Under the pieces are notes generated by a model. That model had not been told where the DNA came from, made no database searches, and saw only the letters and a list, made by a program, of their open reading frames with translations. The position numbers were made by a program, and so were the translations under genes. From Tubiluchus corallicola (Eukaryota; Animalia; Priapulida), in contig JAQGDQ010000023.1 in the NCBI GenBank assembly GCA_030141605.1, positions 434,001-498,000 of the forward strand: 64,000 nucleotides of DNA. The letters are read 5' to 3'. Positions 1-11,400 of the stretch are shown here, piece by piece (positions within the stretch are counted from its first letter, which is position 1; every line of letters starts with the position of its first letter).

Positions 1-706
1 CTTAAAACCATATGATTATGGTTATTTTACATTCCAGAGCTTTGAATCACGAAAGCTTCAGTTAGGCATGAGACATGGTGTGCTTTTTTTTGGAGAGTAA
101 CCATAGTTTCACGAACTGCTAAACACATTTTATATGGGTGGAGCTTAATTACACACACTGTTAATGAAATACACGAATGATGAGTCATAAGAGAATTTAG
201 CCTAGTGAATTACAGTCAAATGAATTTAAAAGCTTCATCACAATAATCTGCAGCTTTTAGATAGTTGCTGAATTTTGTTCAGTGTTCGTATAACTGAAGT
301 TTTGGACAATGCGGTATTGCCGTTGTAAGACATAAAGAATCCTTCACATCTTGTAATACAGCATGACCTTGTTAGAAAATTATATTTTTCATTACATGGC
401 ATATAAGTAAAAGTTACCAAAATGCTCTAATTTAGAAGTAATAAATGAATTTAAAACTGAAATGAAATTTACTCACATCATAAAAAAGTGTTTAGCAAAT
501 AACCTGATATGACCAGTCGAGAACAAATAAAATAAAATCACGTCAAATTGTATTCTCTTTAAATTCATGCTTTGGTTCCTTGCTTTTTTTAAAATTATCA
601 AAGTTGCCAAAAAGTGCTCCTTAGACAGAAAGTAAAAGAACTTATACTGCTGCATTCAAGCAGAGATCAAGGCTAGCAGTTTTGGCTTCTACAGTTTGAA
701 ACTTAC

Positions 707-3700
707 TGGATGTTCAGTATTCTGTTCCTCACTGAATTCAGTGGCATCTTCCTTTATTTGAAGTTTAACAGCTCGTTTGCATGAAAATGATATCAAGCAC
801 CAATCAGTCTGTTAAGAAACAAAATAAACATAATTAGATGGACTTGTCTTAAATTAATTTTAAAATTGTTTGATGGCAGTTCAACTGTCAGTATTAAGAA
901 TTATAATTACCTATGTGAGTTTGGACTAAGTGATCTGAACTTTACAAAATCTCAAAATTTCACATATTAGCTGTTTCACACAATAAAATTAAATAAGCCA
1001 GAATTGTCATCCAACTTTGGTATTACTAAAAAAATTTACTTGTTTATAAATCTATAAAACAGTTGTTGTATGTTATTCGATCATTAAATGCACTAGGTGC
1101 TAGGGTTGCCACCAAACTGGATTTCACCATGAGTATCTTGAAATTCAGACACAGATCCGTAATTCGATTAGACTCTTGAAAAGTTCTGAAACCTCTGGAT
1201 TTCGACCAATGCATTGCAATTTAAGTAAAAAATACCTAAATACAGCTTTAACGCTATTGAAACTACATAAAGTTAATTGCTAAAGCCAGCAGAATCTCTG
1301 TTAAGATACTAAATTAAGTTTAATCTGATGAAAGCTTCATCTTTTCACCTATTTATATTTTTTGCCAATTTTTGCCGCAGCAGCAAGTGTAATACAAGTA
1401 GGTTCACTTTGCTTGAGTCAAATTGTGAACGCATAATTTACATGTACCAATAACTGAAATTGGAAGTGGTGCTGATTGAAGACAATGGCAATACCTAGAT
1501 TTTCCTGGATTACTGCTGTTTTTATGTCTTAAAGGCAGATTTCTTTTACAATTCTCTCTGCTCAAAGTCTGTAATGGACGTAATGAGTACATGATGATGA
1601 TGAATAAGAGAAAAGACACGGAGAGGAGATTTAGCTTTGATCGTGTAATATAAAGTTCCTAATAATTCGATCGCTACGAATTATATACAAAAAAATCTCA
1701 TAAAATGCAAGAAATCTATTAAGACTGAGAAGGAACTCCAGATATGCTCTGTGTTCCTTGTACTTTTGTAAGTTTAATTTACACTTTTAAGGTTTTTGTT
1801 AGAGTCTAAAGTCAAGAAATTTGTATTACTATGTAAATTAAATTTCTCAATTTTTGTTTCTGAAAAAGGCCTCCTAATTCGTCTGAAATACAGGAAATAC
1901 AGCACTCCCCCAGACAGACCCTCTACTGCTGCTGAACTCCTGAGTTTGGATGAACTCAAATGATGAAGCGGCAACCCTACAGCATAACAGTGATTGTAAA
2001 TAGCACTTTGTCATTGAAAACAGTGCCATAGCAGCTGCATTAGCTAACTACCAAAGGAAGGCAGTAAAGAAATACAATGATGATACCTACTCTAAGATGC
2101 ACAAACAAAAAATATTGATAATTGCCAGAAGTGTTAACCAGAAACCAAAAATCTTGATATGTAAACTTTTTTGAACAATGTTCAAGATGAGACAAAAATG
2201 TAAATTAAAGCTTTTAATAAAGTTCTCATCACAGTCAGTGTGTGAAATTTCGGTAAACTTTATAATGTACCTCATTGGCATTATCATCGTCATTCAGCTG
2301 TTCGCGGGCCTGTAGCACCAGTTGCTTTTGATCCACTTGACTGTTCCAGTAAGAAGAACGAAACGAGATTGAACATGCAATGATAGCCATGTTTTGATAT
2401 AGGACTGCTTCGACGGAAGGGATCTTTCGATTAACGGTAACAAATTTCGTCGCGTCTGTTTCCGGAAATAGATTAATTCCTGCACAACGCATTTTCTGTA
2501 AAGTTAAAAATAGGCACAATAATTTAAAGTAATTAATTCTTCAAATATAATCGGTCACAGCAATCATCACAATCATCTTACAGATGCATTATCACATTTC
2601 AAACTTTAGACTGAAACTAAATTTTGCTGAACTACTCTAATGCCAATAGATAGACTTTTGACTGGCAAGTCAGACAAGTACAATAATAGTAAGTAGCTTA
2701 GTAAAAATCTAACTGGAGATGCGTAGCTTACTACAAAATCTTACAATTTTCTGTTACATTGTTTATCAGTAACATTATAATGTGCCTTTAAGTACTTCTG
2801 TGACTGTTCTGTGTGCTTGAATGCTTGAATTATAGTGTGCTTATATTTTTATTGCAGTCACTTTTATTGTAAACCTGTATTACTGAGCTGCTGATGACAA
2901 TAACTGTTAATTGTTGTGCTCCACAAATAAATTGTCTTAATTTTGCCAAATGTAGCTAAAGAAACAATGCTACATTCTAGCTCTCATCAATCAATATGAC
3001 AAACAATATAAAACACTCGACTCCCTTAAACGACTTTAGGCAGGGCTTTTAGATTGCAGACTGCAGTCACAGTAGCTAAGGGGACTGGGACATTACCAAT
3101 CAAAGGTGAAAAATTGCTTACCAGTAGCTACCTCTTCCCTTTTAGAGTATAATCTCAAAACTTGATCCCTAATTTAGGATATTATTCATTAATAGTGGTC
3201 AAAAGATTGTTTTAGTTAATTTTTGTGTATTAGTTAATTGTTTTAGTTAATTAATGTATTAATTAAATTTTTATTGCCACTTTTTGTTCAATTGGTATAT
3301 GTATCACGAACACAATAATTGCAAGCAAGATATAAAAAATATACAAAAACTGATCTAAACAGAATGATCTAGACTTGAACTAGGGAATTAAGGAGAAGCC
3401 ATGTGCTAATCAAACCATTAATATAAAAAGTAAGCATATACATATAACAAAAGGAACAAACCATGATTAACTGAAATGGCATCATCCACTCATTTACAAA
3501 ACTTCTTAACTGCGGGCAGGTTTCACTAGTTGGCTCAGTGAGACGCACCAGGTTTTGCTATAATAGAATGGTATACTCTAACCATGTTAGTCATTCATCA
3601 TCAGACCTGCCAACTCTCACACATTAGGCATGTGTCACATGCATTTTAAGTTTTTCACATGTGTGAGCACATCAAATTTCAGTTCTCAACTTATTCTGCA

Positions 3701-5414
3701 ACTTCACACGCAAGTTTGCAAATCATCTGACTTAAATGGTTTCCTTTGCCACCAGTACCAAGCATAACATAATCAGTAGTACTAGTAGTGTTCATGAGAC
3801 TCACAATATATATTACAATTATTGAAACTTAGGCACATTTGGGTGCCATTGAGCCTTTTCATGTGTACAAAAGAAATTATATTTATATATAAAGCATGGG
3901 TGAATTCCAATAACAGCATAAGAAAGCTCACTGGTACCTAAAAATTACATCATTTTTATTTTTTTGTATAGTACATATAGAATAGTAAAAGTAGATATAC
4001 TATAGTAAAAGTACATGTAGTACAAGAAAAATAAAACTAAAAATCACCAAGATGCAAATTATAGAGAGGGTGATACAGCAATTTTTGCATAATTTAGCAC
4101 AATGACACGTATAATTTTTACAATGATGGTTCTATACAATAATTGTTCATATTGGGGCATTTGTGGACAAACGTATCTTTATCATGAACTAGTTGCAATG
4201 TAAACAGTGCCTAATGCATTCAAAGATGATTAAAAAATGCAGACAATAACATTTCCTCTGATATTTTGTTTATTCAGTTAAGTGCAAAAGGATAAAAACA
4301 TTAAACATCAATCTGACATTACACTTGCATACTATTATAAATTTTGTTTTGAGAATAATGATGCGTGTGTAAGAAAATTCACTAACAGAAACCCTGTGCA
4401 CATGTAGAGCATACCTTTATTTCAAATACTACTTCCACATAAGGTGCTTTTATGCTATAGATGGCGACACCAGCACCACTGTGCTTTAACCACCAAGAAC
4501 AAAATGGCATGGTTATGTATTTGTTCTGCAGCAATGCAAATGTTCCAAAAACGGTTGTCTTGAAAGCGACGGTACCACTCTCTATTGCAAAAAAGATGGA
4601 GATTATAATCTCTTGATCATAAAGAATGATTAAGCAACGCTGTTCATGTGCACTTCGTGGTCACCAACTTTGATGAACTATTACAGATCGTTAAAATCCA
4701 CAACCGTAAAAGAAGTTTGTCTTGACATCAACTGGCAAGTCTGTTATGGCTTAGTACTAGTGTAAACAACTGGGTTGTTTTTCTACATAATGAAATGGAT
4801 TGGTTATATGAGAGAGTTCTCTTGAGATATGTCATCTTTAAGATGAAAAACATAATGCCTTTATAGTCTCAATGATGCATTATTATTTCAGAAAGTTCAG
4901 GGAGAGTTGGGTGCTGGGCAATGCCATCACAGGGCTGTTCTTGAAAATTAAAAAAGGCTGCATCTATTTCCACTCAATAGGAAAATACCACAAAATATCA
5001 CAAATTAAGTCTAGTTCTCCAGACATAGGTACCTCCCTTATAATCAAGTACAACAAAAGATAATCTAAACAAAAACACACTTGTTTTCTTACCTTCATTA
5101 TAGGTTACATCATTTATGTTATCATGTCTCCAATGTTTAAATTCATGGCTCCAATGAGCTACTAATGGCTGATCCCAAATTAAGGCGTTATCTGGGACTC
5201 TGTAAGGAATGATGCATATTAGTCACTCACATTATTCACGCAAAATTCGCTGAATAGAAATGTGTGTTAATTTTACTTATAAGTAATAGTAGTAATAGTA
5301 GTAGAAATAGTAGTAGTAGTAGTAGCAGCAGCAGCAGCAGTAGTAGAAGTAGTAGCAGCAATTATTGCAATTGTAGCAGTCATCATCTATATACTATAAT
5401 AAAACTACATACAA

Positions 5415-5482
<68 letters not shown>

Positions 5483-8400
5483 TCTCTCTCATATGCCATA
5501 TTATCGTCTAGTAAAGTTTGCAATAAACAAAGTCACGGTTGAAATGAATATCATATTCATGTGTCGGATAATCCTAAGGATCAATATACATTGTTACATA
5601 TAATGACACAAACTGGCAACTAACTAACAAAGCCACAAGTTTATTAACCTTTAAATCAGCATAAGTTGGAATGCATGAAATATAACACACACCTGAAAGT
5701 AACATTTAATGGTTGAAGACCAGTTTGCAAAGAAACATTGTGCGACTTCTTTGTTTCTTCTCCAGCTGCTGAACTGGGACGGTCACCTCCTAGTGCTCCT
5801 GTGGGTCCACCTTTCTGTTGTTTGCCAAGTTCAACAAAACTCAGTCTTTGTACCTGCTCAACTTTGCAAAAAGTGAGAACCATCTAATGACATGCACAAG
5901 ATTCACATTACATCATTAACTGTATCACTGGTAACTGAGCTCAACAATAAATTCACTAGATCACATCAGGTGACCACAACAGTTTTCTAATTTAGTTGTG
6001 TACTTGTAAAAAGAGAAGCTTGTCTTTTATATGTGTCACACTTTTCGCTTGGCTAGAGCAATATGACATGCTACTGTAACATTTGAACATAATGTGCCCA
6101 TATTAGGCATTAAGTAATTATCGTTACCTGAGTAAAACAATTAAATCCACATCGTTACTGCAATGAATCAGTCTAATTTAGCTGACAAATAACATAGTAA
6201 CATATGAATATTGTAATACTTCTTGCGCTCACGTGACGTCCTGCATACAAGGCGAGGTCTCCTCCAGTACTTGGGTAGGACCGGTCCTTCCTCACGCACG
6301 TTGTGGTAATGCAGCAGAATTCGGTTTACACAGCTTTCCCTCCAACAGGCCGGACACGTAGTAGAGTCTCTGGAGATCGGATAATGAGAAGATCATCTCC
6401 TCCGAGTTCCCACACAGAACGGAAGCGATTTAGATCATCGAACGTGAAGTCAAAGGTGACAATATCTTTATCCAACGAGGAGGTGATTAGGCTATGTAAC
6501 GAATGCCTAATTTAACAAATGTCTCTCAGCAGTTGCGTAACTGACGAGGTTTCACCAACAAAAGAGGAACAGCGTTCACCAATGAATAAAAAGAACATAG
6601 TAATGAACAAACCATCCATTTTCTTGTTCAATCATCGTAAAAGAAACCATGATATAGTTATATCAGACCATTTTTCAACACGGCCATTCTACTCTCCCCG
6701 CCACGTAGGCCAATATGTCTAATATCCAGCCCTCGAAAGCTAGCCGACCAATCAGAAACGAGTTCTGGGTGAAGTGACCTCAGTAGTACAGCGACGAAGC
6801 TTTCACATTTGTTCAAACACGGGCATAATATTATCATGGAAAAAATTGTTGCTAAACGTATTTTCGCTTGAAAAATACAAGTCATGTTGAAACGAAACGA
6901 ATTTCATCTTCTTCTGCCCAATTACATATTTAAGGTAGCTTAACAGAAAAAGGCTTCATTTAATGATAACTTCATCGAAAATAATGCTACTCTTGACTAA
7001 AGATGGCAGCACAAGATTGGAACATAAAAATCAATACATCAATATTATCAATCATTAGGTAAACAATTCGTGATACCGTTAAGAAAAATATTTAAAGTGA
7101 AAAATAATTAGTTGCAGTAATCTGCTGGATGGGGGACCATCACAGAGCCTTCCCCTAAAGAATATTAAATATTTCAAGATCATGATTACGAAACGTAACA
7201 TTTTTCACTGCCAAGATACGATAACGTCATACATATGCAATGACAAACATGAATAGAAGTAACGACTTTGTAGCTCACTGAGTTATTACATATTTTTCAA
7301 CTCAGACAAAACAAAGATAAAAAGAAGCAAATTGATCATTACATCATACACCACAAATGTATCATCAAACAAATATATGATATATAACACCAAAAAAAAA
7401 CTTGTTTAAGCACTGAAAAAGTACTACAACTTGTTGAGCATTTCATACTCTGACGCTTTATATTTATTTCCGGCTTAAGGCATCAGCAACAAGGTTTTGA
7501 GCGCCAGCAATATGCTCAATTGTAAAGCAATATTCTGAAAGAATGAGTGCCCAGTAACACATTGTTATTCTTAAGCATTTTTCTGAGCGCAAGCAAACTT
7601 CTTTGATCAGTGCGCAATGTAAACTGGCGGCCTTCTAAATAGTAATTTAACTTCTGCATGCAAAATACAACACTCAGAAGTTCACATTCAACTACAGAAT
7701 ATCTGACTTCGGTGGGTGTAAGCCTACGACTGACATATGTGATAGGCACTTCTCCCAAGCCATTCATACGATCTTGTGTGAGTACACCACCAATGCCCAC
7801 AAAGCTGGCATCTGTAGTTAGGATAAATGGTTTCGAATAATCAGAGGAATGTAGAACACTGTCAGAAGTTAAAGCATTCTGAAGGGTAAGAAAGCTCTTC
7901 TCACAAGCTTCTGTCCAAGGTACTTGAGTGGGGGAATATTTTTCTGTTAAAGAATACAGAGGTGCAGCGATAGTGCTGAAGTTCTCGATAAAACGTCTGT
8001 AGAAGCCCACCATTCCTAGGAATCTACGTACTTGAGTTTTTGTTTGTGGCCGTGGAAAATCACATATTTGTTGTAGCTTCTTCTGCTGAGGACGTAGGCG
8101 GAAAATCCGTAAACATTTCCGGATACTTGTTAAAAACGAAGTTCTGTGCGTTGTTGCTCTGATAGATCGTCTGGTAAAGTGACATCATTTACTGACTGTG
8201 TGGCAATGGCCGTTGGCAAAAAAGCATAATCTGGGAGACCTCCAGGTTCTACTATTCCTTTGCCGAGGTTTATTATTGCCAAATCATACATGTCATCTTC
8301 CTCAACATCTTCATCAACGCCATATGCTAGAACTTCACTCAAGTTTGTTCCATCATTGTCCAAGCTCATTGCTAAGGATCAGGGACTCCTCTCTGTACAC

Positions 8401-11400
8401 ATATTGCTTAAGCTTATTGATATGAACAATTCTAGTGTCCTTCCGTCTACCCTTCTTGCCAAAACAAACTTTATAAGTCCAATCCGATACTTTGTCTGTT
8501 ATTTGATATGGGCCTCTCCATCCTGGTTGCATCTTTTTGCCTTTCCTCATCCTCTGAACCATCACTTTATCGCCAACCTCGAAACTTCTTTCTTTTGACA
8601 CCCGGTCGTACCAGCGTTTCTGGGATAATTTGGCTTCCTGAAGCGATTTATGAGCGTCTTCTGTCGATGTCTCTAATGCATTAATAACTCGTGCAACATA
8701 CTCATCGACATCTTCAAGACTTGGCGGTTTGGAACAACCCCATCGCTCTTTAAGCATGGTCAGCGGACCACGTACTGGGTAGCCAAAGACAAGTTCATTT
8801 GGGCTGTACCCTGTGGAATCCTGTGGAACTTCACGGTATGAGAAAAGCACATAATCAATTGCGAGATCCCAGGGAAGAGACGAGAAATCTTGTGTTAGGC
8901 GTAAAATAGACTTCTTTAGCGTGTCATTATATTTCTCGACGAGTCCATTCGTTGAAGGTGAGTATGGACTAGTGAAAATACCTTTGACACCGAGCTGATC
9001 CTCCAGCTCTTTGGTCAAGTTTGAAGTGAACTGGGTGCCACAGTCCGTTAATATTTGGCGAGGGATGCCGTATCTACAACAGAATTTCAACAGTGCATTT
9101 AACACGGTGACAGTCTGTATATCTACTAGCGGATATGCGTCCGGATAACGTGTTGCATGGTCCACTATTACTAAAGCCCAACGATTACCAGAAGGTGTAC
9201 GATCAAGCGGCCCAATTAAGTCCATCCCTATGGTACGAAATGCCGTGTCTACAATAGGTAACGGTTTCAAAGGGGCTCTGTCTGCACTGCGTGAACGCGC
9301 TGTTTTCTGACACGTCAGACAGGAACGACAATATTCCCTTACGGAACGTTTAAGACGAGGCCATATATATTCTTGAAGAATTCTCCGAGTTGTCTTGTTT
9401 ATGCCCAAGTGTCCGGCTAATTTACTTCCGTGCGCAAGTTGTAAAACTTCCTTGCGGCGAAATTTGGGTAGTACAAGCAGCTCCCTAGATGCTTGGTGCC
9501 GTTTTCCTTTAGATAAATAGAATAACGCACCTCCGCGCAAAAAGTACCCTTTGCCTAATTTATATGCCTCTTCTTCTGTGCACGCGTTATCAATAATATT
9601 TCGTATAGTGACATCCACTTTTTGCTCTTCGCTGATCTGTTCAATTGTGACGTCAAGAAGTTGTTTCTGATCTTCAGCAGGCGAGTCCTTAACCGCTAAT
9701 CCATCGTTTGATGCTGACGAATCAAATACTTGCTGTTGTAACAGCGTGTCCTGCTTGACTTGAGCTTCTAGCTTGTCAGCCTGCGAGCGAGTTATTGCAT
9801 AAATTGACTCCACATCTGTCGCTGATTGAGGCTTTTGTTTCGGTGGTGATTTACTTGCAGCATTCTTCTTTGGTTTAACGCTGTATTTACCCACTTCTTT
9901 ATTAAATTTTGAAGCTTTTTCAGCATTCTCCGGGAATGGCTTTAACGCTGACTCGTAATTATTTCCAAGTAAAAAGTCAACGGGTAAATTATCGCTTACG
10001 CTTACAGTCAGAATACCAGAGAAGCCAGGCCCAATAATTTCAACCTTCGCTAATTTACTTTGCCTCATATCACCGCACGCGCATACGAACTTGTGTCGGA
10101 GTTCATTTAAATACTGATTAGCGCGAACGAATTTAGCATGTAACATGCTTACACCAGCTCCAGTGTCTCTTTGACCTTTTACCACGTAACCGTTAATTTT
10201 TGCTGTAAAACCAACGGGCTGTTTTCGGCCAGGTACATGATGCCAATCATCATCATTATTTGGCATCTTTATTTCCGGTGTGCTAAACAATTGTTTGCCA
10301 GGTTTACCAAATACAGCAGCATTAGCAGGTCGCATGACGTGTTCAGTTCCCAAACGCGATCGACATTCGCTGCGCCTATGACCAGGCTTTCCACAAGCGT
10401 AACAATGCATTTTGGTTGCAAGATTCTGGCTCATATTTGTATTGCTCGCGCCTTCACCTTGCGACGTGGCAACATTGGGTTTACCAGTCTTTTTAAATGA
10501 ATAAACATTTTTCCCAGGAAGGGAAGTGATTTGTCTCGCTGCGACAAATTGATCTGCCCGTTGGGCCATCTTCTCAATTGTCCTGATGCTATCCGTCTTT
10601 AACCAAGTGGCCAAATCGTGTGGCATCAAACTAAGCGCTTGTTCAATTACTACTGCTTCATTAACAGTCTCAAAAGTCTCGGCTTGTATGGCTTCAAGAT
10701 AGTCGCGCCAACTATTATCCAAGCGTCTGAAAAGCTGGCGATAACTTTCATTCTTAAGCTTTATTGTACCGCGGAATCTCTCCAGGTAAACGTCATTGCT
10801 TAGAATATACGCGCCAAGCAAAGCTTTGCGAACGTATGTGTAGTTCCGCATTTCAGACTCGGGAATCTGCTGAAACGCGTCTGCTGCTCTGCCAGACAAA
10901 GATGGGCCAATACACGCCGCGAAGTCTGATCTATCAATCTTGTTTGCAGCAGCACAAGCTTGAAACCAATCAAGAAACTTTTGTATATCGTCCTTGGTTT
11001 CATCAAAGGGACGTATTTTCATGAGCTTTAATTTGTCAACGGTAGAGTCCGCTTGACGACTATAGAAAGGACTGGCCTGTGACATCATTGGCGACTGACT
11101 GACTGGACTGGCAGCGGTCAATTCAAGTTTACGTAACTCCATCTCGGCCATAATGCGCTCATGCTCTAATTGTAACTTTTTTGCTTCAGTTTCTGCTTCT
11201 AACCGTCGAATTTGCAGAAATGTTTGAGCAGCAGCTTCGTTAACTGTAGAAAGAGACTCTAAAGTAACGTCTGTCATTCTCTCTGTAGTTCTCCTACGAC
11301 GAGGAGTCGGCGTTGGCGACTGCTCTGTAACTATCATATGTTTTGGTTTCACACTGACATCAGGGGTTTTTGCTGCTTCTGTCGGGTCAGAGGCTTCCGC

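Noticed and set aside
238-420. Candidate last DNAI7 exon (ORF ending SCRLL*)
   Set aside because: No convincing phase-0 acceptor giving the expected CASC1 C-terminal sequence. The resemblance is only a few residues.
1101-1979. TAGGGTTGCC...GGCAACCCTA hAT-like terminal inverted repeats
   Set aside because: Only 10 bp match and there is no 8-bp TSD. These may be ends of separate relics.
5862-5883. Acceptor at 5884-5885 and ATG at 5883 suggested by the ORF track
   Set aside because: Out of phase with the upstream exon (gives a stop), so the acceptor at 5862-5863 was used.
6540-6575. Hammerhead-like CTGACGA in the LTR, and CTGATGA at ~1325 and ~13370
   Set aside because: No stem II followed by GAAA, and no closing stems could be built.
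6303-6885. Short ORFs duplicated at 6303/12481 and 6519/12697
   Set aside because: They lie inside the LTRs. Their identity reflects LTR duplication and they show no protein motifs.
7145-7463. Possible env or accessory ORF before the 3' LTR
   Set aside because: Only ~320 bp of AT-rich sequence with no ORF.
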